A stretch of 62,251 nucleotides of DNA, counting the filler, from Sphacelaria rigidula (taxonomy: Eukaryota): the NCBI GenBank assembly GCA_964200075.2. It is 5 parts of 5 records of this genome, joined end to end, with 100 filler letters (N's around TTAATTAATTAA, not from the genome) between each part and the next. Parts side by side here need not be neighbours in the genome. Positions count along the whole stretch, not along the records: positions 37,416 to 49,783 come from CAXNAA020003848.1; positions 49,884 to 62,251 come from CAXNAA020003849.1; 3 more parts are not named here. One strand, 5' to 3'. The translations under genes and the position numbers were made by a program. Shown here piece after piece: positions 37,812 through 50,733 of the stretch. Below the pieces are notes generated by a model. It made no database searches and was not told the origin of the DNA. It saw only the letters and a list, made by a program, of their open reading frames with translations. Position 1 is the stretch's first letter; the number at the start of each line of letters is the position of its first letter.

Positions 37812-39222
37812 CAGGGCACTTGACGTTACACGTCACAACGGTGTGACGTGACGTGACATGTTAAAATTGTGACGTGACGTTTTAGTATTGCGACGTTACA
37901 TCGACGTTTTTACACACGTTCCTTGTGACGTGTGACGTACGTTATACGTTACATATTTGTGACGTATATATGAACGTCTCAAACGTCACACATCTAACTT
38001 GTACTACAATTCGTGAAAGATTCGTGGGCATACACATGTATACACATGCGCATATGATATGATAGCATGGGTTCAACAATAGTGTGCATACCACGTCATC
38101 ATGATATGCACGCGGTGTAAGCGCACTTTCGGCGCCACAGCATGCACCGCCGCACAACATCCAAGCATAAAACACGTGAATATCTGCAAACATAGAAGCG
38201 AAAATCGAAAATCCGAAAGTACGAGTTTCGAATTTCCGAATTTCTCAGGGTACTTATCGTAAGACGTCAGAAACATCACGTAATAACGGTGTGACGTGAC
38301 GTAAAGTAAAACGAGCTTGTGATCTTGTTGACAAATCCGGTGACTCTACTGCTGTTCTGTAGTTTTGTTCTTGATTTATTTGGTTTGGTTTGGTTTGGTT
38401 TGGTTTTCTTCTATCGGTGTTGTTGTTTTTTTTTTCTTTATGTTTTCTATGGTGTTTCTCTATTCGAGCAGTTATGCGCAAGTTTTTGTCTCTCTTCTTG
38501 GCACAATGTAGCCATCATGTGTTTCTACCTTTCTGATGACGTTCGGCCTGCGAAGCGGCTGGGTTCGGAGCGGACCATCAGTCCATCTGCAGTAGTAGTG
38601 CCAGAATGCATCTGCATGCACGCCCTGCTCGAGGAGCAATTGATTATAACAATACAGAATCGGATTGTCATGTTTTGATGTCCTCCGAAATGCCAACCGA
38701 CCACCGGGTATCACCAACGTATGACCTGTACATGCGTTTGTATGTATACATCATGGGGCCTGAGCGCATCTTATTATATCGCACCATCTTATTATCGTGC
38801 ATCAAGAAGGTATACATGTATTCCTTTGGATTTGCAACGTGAGAGTCAGTGATGCGTGAATGATACACGTGCTAAAAAGCATCATTACAACGTCAGAACA
38901 GCGATCGGAACGGGCCTCAGGCTCAAACAAGCCAGCCACCGTGAACGTCCCGTACCAAGTTACGTTACATGAAGCGTTATAACGTCGTACGCAGCGTTCA
39001 ATTGCTATCAACACGGTCAAAGTGTAACGTTACAAATGACGACATACGTCACAAATGTAACGGTTCATACTACGTCACACGTCACATATAAACGTTTCAA
39101 AATATGTCATCGTGACGTAACGTGACGTATTATTCTTCAAAACGTCACAAGTGTGACGTGACGTGACGTGACGTATTATTATCGAGACGTCAGTTTTGTG
39201 GCATGTGACGTTAAGTACCCTG
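37812..39222. mobile_element. Non-autonomous hAT-like DNA transposon
   Basis: TIRs are CAGGGCACTTGACGTTACACGTCACAA and TTGTGGCATGTGACGTTAAGTACCCTG. 8-bp TSD GATAACAC (37804-37811) / GATGACAC (39223-39230). GTGACGT-rich subterminal regions. Confidence 0.82.
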
Positions 39223-39896
39223 GATGACACCCCTTGATAAATGAGGTACTTACTCCGTATCACCTCGACCACACCAATTAGGGACTTTGTCCTGAGCACG
39301 GCCTGCTTCTTTTCCCATATATCTATCAACACTGTGACTTCCGAGTGCATGAGAAGATTTTCATGCGAGAAAATTCCGAATGCGAAAATTGCCCAACCGA
39401 GCTCTGCATAGCGCAGGGGGGGGGCGAACCAACTCTGATCGTTCTGATGAATAATTTTACAGACCCATATTTTCATTTCAACCCAATCATTGCACTAGAG
39501 CCGAAAATAAGTGTGTCTTGAACCAAAAACGTCAGTCCGAAAGTCGTTCAATATCAAGCGCAGATATGATTTTTGCTTCGGAATGTGGAGGGGATGTCCA
39601 GGATCTCTCGATCCCCGTACTTCGGGATCAAGCGTTCACTGGGATGAAAGGTGGCACGCGAGAAAGTTGATGAAAATCGGCTACCACGGAGAAAATACGA
39701 AAATGCCCCTATTTCGGCTAAAAACTACTATACGCAAGAGTTTAGTCTTAGATGCGGCCCCAAGCCTGACATGCGCACCGCTTCAGATCTAGTTTTGAGT
39801 AGGATCGTGATCCCACTTGAAGGCCGGTATGTATCCGCAGAGAAAGTCCTCCCGATTATCGGGATTCCGCCTTACATCGGTTTGGCCCCACTCCAA

Positions 39897-40000
39897 CCGC
39901 TTTAGCGCTCGCGGCCTGCTGCGGCTACTGAAAGTCCCTCGCAGGATGGCGATACTGTAGATGAGGAAGACCACAGCAGGACGCCAGGGCGCTAAAACGA
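39897..40000. repeat. Short imperfect inverted repeat (~100 bp; MITE-like hairpin)
   Basis: TTTAGCGCTCGCGGCCTGCTGCGG ... CCACAGCAGGACGCCAGGGCGCTAAA. Confidence 0.45.
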
Positions 40001-40845
40001 TTTCGAGGGAGGGGGGGGTTCGTCTTTTCAGCCAACAGGATCGCAGTTACCCAATATGGTTGAGCAGCCATGTTGGGGGTTTACTGTAGTCTATGTCATG
40101 TTTGAGCAACACCTGCAGCGAACAGGATGGTTGCGCCTTGGACGCCTTTGGTCCCCGCCAGTGTTGCCGGCCACGCTTCCAACAGTGGAGATGCACACGC
40201 GATAATTGCAGAGCAGCTGGTGGTGGTGTGCAAACATTTCTACGAGGAAGGGCGCATGGGCCATGTGCGTGGTATGACGGGTCCAGACCCCATCGTTTAC
40301 ATGAAAGCGTTGTTTCTTTCGCCAAAACAGCGATTCCCATCTATGAAGATGGTTGATATCACAATCTATCAGATCGGGATTGTTGTTCTCTACCGCACAA
40401 TTTCGATCGTAAACCAATGTGCCAAGACACGGCCTTAAAAGTCACCAGCTGCGCGGCCAGGCATGCATGCAAACGATCATGCCGTTTTCATTTGTGCTGA
40501 AAGCAATGGAGATGCTTTTTTTTCAGACGGATCGCACACTCCATATACTACACCCTACGCGTGGTGACGGGCGGGAATGCGAACCGTGGCCGCCAACTAT
40601 CGGCGTACCATGGGGCCCGCAGGGAACCCGTACCGAGCAACACCATGAACACAACCGAACGCGGGACATAATTACGTTTTTAGCCAACAACTTGCGCCGA
40701 CGATCCAGCCTTAAACATAGCTTTTCAGATATTCCGCGCGTTGGGTAGTAGGTCCTTCTCAAGAACATCCTGGCTCGTGTGGAGTATACCTACTTTGGGG
40801 ATGCTCTGAGCTGATATTTTATACGATGATCCTTGAAAGCGAAAT

Positions 40846-40880
<35 letters not shown>

Positions 40881-43800
40881 CTTTTGGCGCAACACTGGGT
40901 TGAGGAATCGTATCTGGCGTATGCACGAAACAGTGGCTTCATGTTGCTGAAAATCCACGTACATAACCACAAGGTATAGGGAGACCTGAAGTTTCAAACA
41001 ATCTATTTTCAGGTGCTGGTACAAACTGTAATCCGTGTGTTGTGCGCATCAGGTAATGTTCAGATGTATCAAGCAGTATGAGTCGCCGTGAAGAGCTTTC
41101 AACAGGACGTGGCGACCGCCGCCCCCCACTTGAGGCTTTGGATGATATCATTGTCCCCATCACCTCGCCACACAACCCTTTGTGGTCGGGGTGGGCCACG
41201 ATTTCCCCCTTTGTTGCTAGCGACAAATTCTCTTCGAAGGGCATGGGCGTTGCGCCGCACATACAGTACAGCGCCCACTGCAGCAACAGCTGCCGCTGCA
41301 TACTCCCTCACACGTACTGAGCGGTTCTCCGCGACGGAGATCAGCTACCTATACACAGCTTGTTCGTTCCCGTCGATTACGCACGACCTCACTGCATGTT
41401 GTACCGCCTGAGCAGAGGGATACGCAGAATTCATGCCTCTAGCTCCGTCTCTCGTTCCACTGCGTTGCTAGCTTTAGTCGCCTTGTGATAATGACCACAT
41501 ATGCAGTAAGGTACATGTATTCTCGAATTCCCCACGTTCACCTTGCGTTAGTGCAACAACTACGTTTTACCCAAACGATGGTCACCCAAAACAATCGGGG
41601 AAGTGGGGGTCGGACCTATATAAAATGCAAGTCACTGATGAAAAATAAATCGGGAAAGCGAGCCCCGACGATCGCGGCTTTCTTTTGCTTCGGAGGCTTT
41701 TTTGTGGAGGGACAGGGTACACACACCAACTTGGTGGTGACATCACTCCCGGCGACAGCCCCCCCACTGGTCGCTCGGATGTGGTCGATAAATTTCCTCT
41801 CGCCGTGATTGGGCAGGTCGGTCCCAGACTTGTTTCTTATTATTTTACTAATACATGGTGAGCCCCTTGTTACTGAGCTTCATTCCCACAAGGGTTCTGC
41901 TGACAAGCGATTTGATGACACGAGTTTAGCAACCCAAAGACCACGTTCAAGAGCGTGTGGCTGATACTTTGTGTAGGTACTTTGTACAAGTTAGAGCCTA
42001 TGATCACTGGACAACTGCACTCCAACAGAGCATTGTGTCCTGCAGATGAGGGCCTCACGCATCGGCGAAGCCCTCATGAGAGCTGGACAGCACCGTAGAG
42101 TGCAGGGTAGAAGTACCTTACTGGACTCCCCCCCTGCAACCAACATGAATCATCACGACATGTCAAGACAAGGGTGAACGCGTGATGCAGTCAGTACAGA
42201 GTACGTGATCTTCAGGACCAGCACAAACCGCTGAAACCCATTGCGAGGGTGCTGCAGCCGGGCGTATCATAAAACGTGATTATCTCGGGCAACTGAGGTG
42301 CTGCTGGGTATGAAAGGTGTACTACCCAGTAGCAGGGAGAGCCTCGCGGCAACTTTCGAACGACGCGACTTTTGTCGTCTAGCAGCGTTATAGGTGTGGG
42401 AATGAGTGGCGTTTTGAGAGAAATTGTCCGCAGAGCGGGTTCGGGTTCTCTTGCCTACCCTGTCGTGCTACCCTCTCCTTGCCCACCAAAAAGAGACATT
42501 CGGCTTTGATTTTTTCGATGTCCTGGGGTGTTCGAGGCACAGAGGATTAAACCAATCGACAGATAGTACTAAAACTTCTCTTCATGCACGGACATTTGGC
42601 CGGTGCCAGGGTCTTACATTCCTCTCGAGAAATTCAAGGTGCAAAGCCTTCCCATAGGGTGTTATACACCGTACCATGTGCTAGCCTTCTGTGCAACACA
42701 CCCAATATCCCAAAGGGATGATTGGTTGGGAAAGGAGCGTATCTTCATCTTACACAAGCATGCACATATGAAACTCACCTATGAGGTTAGGGTAATAGAG
42801 AAGAACGTCCAGAGGTGACGCGTCAGCCATCGTCTTTATCAAGAGAGGTGGTGATAAACTATCACTCGTTACATTCCGTTTACCATAGACGTGATGGACT
42901 GCTCGGACCCGTAATCAGTAGATCACTTCATCCAGCCGACCTGCTCTAGTAAAGGGTAAAGTGATATCCTACCCTTCTGGAAGGTGAAGAGAACGAAAAT
43001 TAAGTGAGATGCAATCTTCCAAAGTGGGAAAGCGAATACGGTTCACAAGTGAACAAAAAGGCCTACCAATATACTTAACCCGTTGGATCATGGCACATGG
43101 ATAAAAAGGTGTTTGGGGCACAACTACGGCGTAACGTCCAAAATCCATGTCGAGCCAACAGAACGTGTCTGGGTGAGTCGCTTGCGTTAGTCGCAGAGTA
43201 ACATCACTACGCTGTGCAGTTGTTCTTCCTACTATGTAAATTAGTTAACTCTGGACTGCAACTACTCAGTAGGAGCCTAGCTACCACGCCGACCACAGAA
43301 GGATATCCATCAGCTATATCTTGTGTGCCTCAGCCCAGAATCCAAATAACGGTCCAAACAACAGCGCGGGCAATCCATCTGTGGCATAAGCGAAGAGGAC
43401 GCGACAATAACACATACCGGTTGAGTACTGGCTTGCTCAGGAGTGGCTGAAATTGCAAAGAAGCCGAAATAGAGAAAAGGCCGGTCCAAGAACTCGATGG
43501 CTAGTACGGGCAGAAGGGTTGGTGCTGTTTGAAAGCCCTACACGTGATGATTTTGATTTCTCGTCGCGGTATTTCACAGCAGGAATAACATGCACTATTA
43601 GCTCGGCTCGGTATGGCTCGGAGAGGGGCAAGTACGATTGTGGTAAAGTTGAAGCCTACCTTAATCGTCGCTTTATCTCGAGGTTCGTGTACTGCTGCAC
43701 TACACGATCGGAGGCAACAGTACATAGCGGTGACAGCGGCATAGGCTGAAGATTAACATTACTTCAAGGAGCGTAACCGACGATACATGCACAGTGCTGT

Positions 43801-44270
43801 GTACCCTCCAGTCAGCAAGTATTGTGTGGTGGAAAGAAAACGCACGAATTAATGTGTTGATGACCCCATTAATCCCAGTACGTGAGTGGCAGCCAATTTT
43901 GAAGGCCTGAAACCTCGCCACAGGGCCCAGGTTTCAATTCACTGTAAGGTAAACATGGTATGCAGGTGTCCCCCGAGAGTCCTGTTTGATCGCACCGACC
44001 TTAGCTTGGGATTGGTGGTGAGGTCGCATCAATGTTTGCATACTTCTGCGAACATTAGACTTCTTCAAAACTCCGCTCGCTTCTGTCCACAACGACGCTT
44101 ATCATCGTTAGGGTTTCGCTGGATGCGTGCGTTCCTTTCTTTGTTTGGCGAACATGCTGTACACAGGTCCGTTTTAATAGTGACAAGAGCGCACGCGTGG
44201 AGGAAATCACTCAGCGCGCGGCTCTGGAGTGTTGACATCACGCAATCACACCTCTCGAGGTACAACTACG

Positions 44271-44423
44271 ATGGAGCGATATGAGCGACTGAAAGTGCTG
44301 GGGGTGGGATCTTTCGGGAAGGTGTACCTCATGCGCCATCGGCAGGAGCGCCGACTTGTTTGTGCGAAGATCATCAGGATCAAGAATATTCCGCGCAAAG
44401 AAAGAGAGGCATGTCGCATGGAG
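44271..44423 (+). CDS. NIMA-related Ser/Thr kinase (NEK1-like), first exon only
   Basis: MERYERLKVLGVGSFGKVYLMRHRQERRLVCAKIIRIKNIPRKEREACRME|GT. Contains the Gly-rich loop, catalytic Lys and the NEK-type 'KERE...E' helix C. The rest lies beyond the copia-filled intron and scaffold end. Confidence 0.85.
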
Positions 44424-45289
44424 GTGTGTGCGCGAAACACACACGATAGCAGCTCGTGATGAGGAATTTTCCTTCGTGACACAAGCGACCAAAAACCGGT
44501 AGGGGGTGACTGACAAGTCTGATGCCATCCTACCCGAACTCACCAAGTGTACGCAGCAGTGTAATCTCAGGTATTTTGCGATGTCCATGCCACGGTAGGG
44601 TGACTGAAGAACCAAGATACCCCACACAATCAGAGAGGGGAGTGTCGGCGGGAGGTGTGTGCAGCTACTTCAGTCCGCCGCGACAAAGCGTGAGCGTTGC
44701 ATGAATTGCTGTTACGATTTCGTATGGTCGTGTTGATCAGATGACCGTGTAACAACAATAGCCCCTTGCTGCGTGCCCAAACAGATTCCTGCCTCTTGTA
44801 GTACGTCAGAAGAAGATGAAGATATTTCCAAGTCTTTATTATTACTATCCACACATGGAAAAATGGGTGAAGAGAGGTGAGGGAGACGAGAAAGAGAGGA
44901 CGTAGAGCACTACCCTATCTCGACTGTCTACGACCCAAAATCTACTGTCGGCGCAAGGTTCGCGACCGGATACGTGAACGGTTCCCAAAACATGGGAACT
45001 CGGGACGATTTGCAGTTTCTGAACCACAAATGACCTTCTCAATCATGTTCCCAGAATACTCGAATACTCTACCTCTCCATTTCCCCGCTCAAGCTTCTGG
45101 CTTCTCTTCGTAGATAAACTCTTTTGAACACCCTCCCTAGCCTTATCGATCAACAAGCCTCAGCATGACCTTATTGTTATCGAATATACTACGTGAGATC
45201 GAACTCCCTGCTATCATCACTTATCTCAAGTAATAGGTTTCACCACTTCCAAAAATAACAACGGTAAAATCTACATCCTGCCTAAGAGG

Positions 45290-48200
45290 AAATCACGGTG
45301 CCTTTCGAAACTATCTCTACCAATGGCTTTCGTCAGAATATCCGCATGCTAATCTTGTGATTGAAGATACTTCACAAACCTGTCACCGCTATCAACCAAC
45401 TGGCTGAGAAAATGGTACCGTACATCGGTGTGCTTGCTGTTGGACGAGCTCAAGGGCTTTTCAGTGAAGTCTATCGCCCCCTTGTTGTCCTCAGAAACGC
45501 CGAAGCTCTTCGACCCCAAAGTGGGCATTAATAACTGCAGAATCCCTCCCCCTCGCATACAGGGCATCCTTGACACCGTCTACCTTGCTACAGATTCTGT
45601 CTCAGTGGTAGTTAGGGTGACGCACTTCTGCGTCCTATAGAACCAAGACGCTAGTGTACCTCCGCAGCAAAATAGCTACACCAGAGAAGGAACGTCGGTC
45701 CTCCGCCTTCTGGGCGTAGTCTGCATCAACGTACGTACCCGAGTCAAAATTCGACTGAATACATCCCAAGCCACTACTCTTCTTGAAAAGTAAACCTAAG
45801 TTCGACGAAGCATTCAAATACTCCAGTATCTTCTGTGCCGCTATATAATGAATCGGCTTGGGGTCATGAGAAAACCGAGCGATTGCCCAAACTGCATTTG
45901 CGATATCAGACCTCGTCGGGTTCGCTATCGACATGAAGCTTCCCACGATCTCACGGAAAGACACATCCACCAAGGTCTCCCTTTCGCTTGCATTTCTGAG
46001 GTCTAGGGAAGAGGTAGGGAATGGGGTTAGTCTTCGAGACGTCAAAATGATTTAGCACACTCCTCATGAACTGGGTTTGTGAAATCTCCAAGATACATTT
46101 CTCCCTGTCCCTTTTGCTCTCACTCCCTATGTGTCACTCTACCTCCCCGAGAATGTTCAGTGGGAAATCTCTGATTGAGTGGACCGACTATCACTTTAGT
46201 CACCTCCTCAGTCGCTGCTACCATGATATCGCCCACGTGAAAGACCACCATCGCAACAACGTCACCAGCAACCCTCAGTCGAAACACAGGGATCTACTAG
46301 GCATCACTCGAAACCACACTCCACCAGGGTTCACGGCAATAGTTGATACCACACATGACCACTCTACTTCAGTCCGTATAAAGCCTTGTTGACACGCAGT
46401 GCCTTACCAGATACTGATCCACAACCGGGGGGCAGTCGTAAGTAGATATCGGTGCCCCCGACTGAACGTAAGCCTGGACTACATCCAAGTGTCTCAAATC
46501 CTAGTCTAGCTAACAAACCATAACCGCCACCAACCTGTTTCAAGTAGCAAATGCAGTAGGGGCAAATGTACCAAAGTAGTATACCCCCTTTACCTGACTG
46601 TACCCCATAGCTACCATATGGGCATTCGCCCGGTCAGCCATATCATGTTAATCGCTCTTCCACTTATACACCCATTTAGCGCCCACAAGGTTGCACCCCT
46701 TTGGAATGTCAGGCACCTCCGCAAACGACCCGACAGCAATGAGTCCATCGAACTCTATATCTATTGCCTCCATCCACCTATCCGAGTATTGTGATGAACA
46801 CGCCGCAAGGTACGACAACGGTTCCGGCCCCACTTTTCTGACGAGATATATAAGGAGCTCGCCCGGCTTACTGGTAACCTCTTGTACCGTCACGAGCCCA
46901 GATGCTTCTCGATTGAGCGCTCGCGTCTGCGCTCTAGTTCGCCCAAGCTCCTCGTCATTGCCAGATCCAACCACATATGATTCCAGTTGGCACGCTGCAG
47001 TCCGCGCTTCCGTTGAAACTGGAACATTTTCGTTTGATGAAGACGAATCGCTATGGGCTGTACTCTTCGCCGGAGATATCACTCAACGCTGATAGGGGAT
47101 TCCTGTCCCCAGTGGCGGTCATGGAGTCGGCGGTGAAGAATCGAATATATCTAGCCCTTCCGGTTTTGGAGTCTCTCTCAGCTCCGGTGTCCCCCCCCGG
47201 CAGTGACGTCCCTCCCAGCTCCAACACCTCTGCAAGCTTCACCGAAGCTGACTGCTGCAGCTGTGACCGGTGGCGCCTCCCACGTGACATGCCTTGTCTC
47301 CATTACATTAGTTGCCCGCGTCAGCATCCGCGATACATCGCGGGGGTGGTCGGTGCCGGGGCCGAGGTAGAAGCACTCTCGCACTTGGGGAACGACATCG
47401 ACGGTCGGTTCCAGCGGCAATAACCCGAACGAAGAAATGGGTGTGGTGATGCCGGTGCCGCCTTACCGTGCCACATCTCGTACGGCGACTTGTTACCTGG
47501 GTTGGACGTGGCCACGGTGTAATTTAGGGCGTCATACGTTTAGTATATCGCCTCAACCCAGAGGGTCTCTGCTGGTGGCAGGTCGACATTTGGGAAGAGG
47601 ATGGTAGCTTAAATGCGAGCGGCAAGTGCGGCGCTTTGGATGATACCCAGAGGTCTCTCGACAACGCCGTTCAATTGTGGACACTTCGCGCTGGTGGATT
47701 CCTGTTCAGTGCAGTAGTGCGTGCCTGCAACCGTCTTCAAAATCACCACCCGTCGTCAGACCTGACTCTTATTACTTCCGAATGTACACCATCCGCACGT
47801 ACATCAGCCAAAAACTTCCTAAAGGCATCAGCCGTACCGGACTTACGCTCGAGAAAGTATGCCGATGAGTATTGGGTAAAATCTCCGTCACTATCATGAC
47901 ACATTTCTTCCCTAGCAATGAGGGAGTACTCTTGGGACCACTAAGATCAACAAAAGTTATTCCTAGCTTTTACCAGGCACGAGATTTCGCGCCGTTTGGG
48001 ATCGGCTTCCGGTACCCGTTTGCCGTAGAACATCCTGCACATTGTCTGAAGTTACCCAGTAACTCTATACCTAGCAATTTTGATGTCTCTCTCAGCATAA
48101 ATCATTGGCATATCTCTGCACGCAGTGGAAAGCGTTGATGTCCACGGTAGTCTCGCGTGAGTCAGCGTTACCGAGTGCTAACATAGGGAACGCCAGGGGA

Positions 48201-49245
48201 ACATATTGCACTGAATTTTCGGCTATCCGCCTCTTAGTATCATCCTCACTGTTATCACGCTCTCCCGCCGCATCCTCTTTACTTCGTTCCATACCAATCG
48301 ACAAACACGCTATGATATCACCAGAGTCACCTTGTGATTTCTCCGGGGCTGGGATGATGTGTGCGGTACAGTCGAACCACCGATGTCCTGGCTCTAAGCA
48401 ACGATGACGGTTGTTTCGCATGCCGTCGTACTTCTTGCCCACGTTTTTCGTTCTGTTGTTCTGGTCGTTTTTGTTTGCTATAATACCACTAGAAACACCC
48501 CTACCGTATTTAGCGCCATCCTGATTGCGGTTTCGGCGAGTGGGCATGCTCGTAAGGAAAGCTTGCTCTCCGTCACAGTTCTTTGTACCATCCCTAGGCA
48601 TGGGCGTGAATCTCTGCGTTGCAATAGCCTCTATCTCTGCTCGGGTGCGATGTTGTCTGTGTGCAAGATTGTACGCTGTTCGTATTCGTAGTCGGTTGTG
48701 AGTATCTCAACTATCTTGAGGTGGACATCCTCTGTAGGCATGTGTACCCCTAATGATACTAGTACACTCATAATCTTGTCTACACGTGCGAAAAAAATCA
48801 TCAGATCTTCCTTTATCTCCATCTATTACTCGTTGAACAGGGGTTTCTACTTCGTTGTTTCTGAGAGGGTTCTCGGGAGGAACCAATCACATTGAAAAAA
48901 CGCCAACCCGCACTCGGGGAGTTTGCGCCACTTACCCTCCTTAATAATTCGCGGTCCGTGGTGCTCTCCATCGAACATGTCCAAGCAATACGTGCTCGTC
49001 TCATGCTTGGCTCACTAAAACCGTGGTCAACCAAAAAACAGGGAGCGACTGAGGGATCACCTATGGGCACGTCAATATATGTAGTAAAAAGCCTGCACAT
49101 AATCATCGGATGGAGCGAAACCCTCAAAGCATCTCTTTCATAACGGGAAGTCAACACTACTTCCCAAGTTGGGGACAGCAGTTTTGATGCTGCTTATTTC
49201 TGTAGGACTCATTGCCAGAGTGTGTGATGTGTACCCAGTAACACA
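45290..49245 (-). mobile_element. Decayed Ty1/copia LTR retrotransposon, internal region (in NEK intron, antisense)
   Basis: Order gag (RARIAW..; FFARVDKI..LG..; Zn-knuckle-like RCLEPGHRWFDC), pre-integrase (VDINAFH), integrase (FLADVR..VRSDDG, QLNGVVER, KSPYEMWHG), RT (WMEAIDIEFDGL, AKWVYKWK, GYSQVKG), RNase H (YVDADYA..RRSFSG, EDNKGAI..SKHTDVRYHFL). Many stops and frameshifts. A matching LTR pair was not identified. Confidence 0.92.
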
Positions 49246-49783
49246 GAAGCAACATCATGGCGACTGGCAAAGGTAGAGGGTGTGGCGAGTACTACAGAAG
49301 ACATCACCATGCCGACCGTAGTATGCCGTTCTTTTTGTTGCAATTGTGTGCGTTTGGTCGCGTAAATCATTTGTGAAGGTATAACGTCGTTTATTCATCT
49401 CATTCTGTCACGCCCGTAGACATATCCAGACCTGTCTCCGACTGCGGGACAATCACCCGTGTTCCCGGAAAGCGGTAGCTGGTACACACAGACACTAGAC
49501 TACAGTGCAGCTGGTTACGATGCAGACCTCACGGCTGGTTCGAACGGTGGTCAGTGCAAAAGTGCAGTATAGTATAGTACAGTACAGTACAGTATTGAGG
49601 TCGTGAATTTCGTGGCGTTGTCGTCGGCACTATCTGTTTCACACCGTCGTGACTCAGGGGTTCAAGGACACTTCGTGAACGGTAGATCTCGGACACAATT
49701 TGCAAAAAATTCCTTTATATTTTGGCCCCGATCAGCCTGTCTCACACTACAGTACAACAGTACAACAGTGCAGTACCAAGGTC

Positions 49784-49883
49784 NNNNNNNNNNNNNNNNN
49801 NNNNNNNNNNNNNNNNNNNNNNNNNNNTTAATTAATTAANNNNNNNNNNNNNNNNNNNNNNNNNNNNNNNNNNNNNNNNNNNN
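49784..49883. other. Artificial scaffold linker
   Basis: N44-TTAATTAATTAA-N44. Confidence 0.97.
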
Positions 49884-49959
49884 CCGGTACCGGGTACCTA
49901 CCTTACCTACGGTGCCTGTGCAGATGACCTACTCTCGCGATGCAAGGGTTCACCCTTGG

Positions 49960-50733
49960 ACAGCGAGCTTCGCCTCGGAACAGTTTCACAGGCTGATAGT
50001 CCAGGCACATCCGGAGGTTTCTAGGGGCGGGGGGGGGGGGTGATTTTTGACAGGGGGGGGGGGCCTGTTGGCAGAACAGCCGGAAAGCTCACCTAGTCAA
50101 CCGTGTATCTTTGGAAGTTGCCCACGGAAAGTTAAACGCCAGGAAAGAGGCGCGAGAGGAGCGGAGTCACCACTCTGACCAATCACGGCTATCAAAATAG
50201 TCATTTTATTTCCCTACAGGTGGGCTGCAGGTGGACTACTTCGCTGTCTCGCCGTATTTCTCATTTCGAACACGACAGTTCAACCATATGAAACATCGGC
50301 ACAAATAATGTAAGTTTTACATTGCTCGTGATCTACAGTATGCCGCCTGCCTGACTCCTCCTGTGGTGCCAGCATAGCTTGACACTGTATTATTTAGTGT
50401 TGTTGTGGAATATTAAGCAGAAACATGAGCGGCATGCGGTAGACTGTCTTCAGTGGAGAGCGATGACACGCTGATTGTTTCTTGCCGTTGTAGCTACGTA
50501 GCGAAAACATCCAGCATACACTACTGACTCTGCACCCAATGGACGGCAGGGTCAACACAACTCAGGGGTTCTCCGGTACTATCTTATATATATATATATG
50601 TATATATGTATATGCTCGACATCAACATATTATTGAAAAATGCGTTTGGCGTGGCGCGAAAGTAGCTATTCTGAACCCCAAATGTGGCATAGTCCATCCC
50701 AGTCCACCTGCGGGGGGGTCGCCGTCTAAGGAT
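49960..50733 (+). repeat. Dispersed repeat family member (same family as 5155-5612)
   Basis: CGCCTCGGAACAGTTTCACAGG...TTTGACAGGGGGG...GAACAGCCG...GTCAACC...TTTGGAAGT and the terminal block GGCATAGTCC..GTCCACCTGCGGGGGGGTCGCCGTCTAAG, with unrelated sequence in between. Confidence 0.6.

Noticed and set aside
40047..41411. Possible exons on either strand (e.g. 40127-40438 +, 41099-41311 -)
   Set aside because: No recognisable motif and no consistent splice chain could be built.
41900..43450. Possible decayed transposase or other coding relic
   Set aside because: Stops were frequent in the frames I read, and I found no diagnostic motif.
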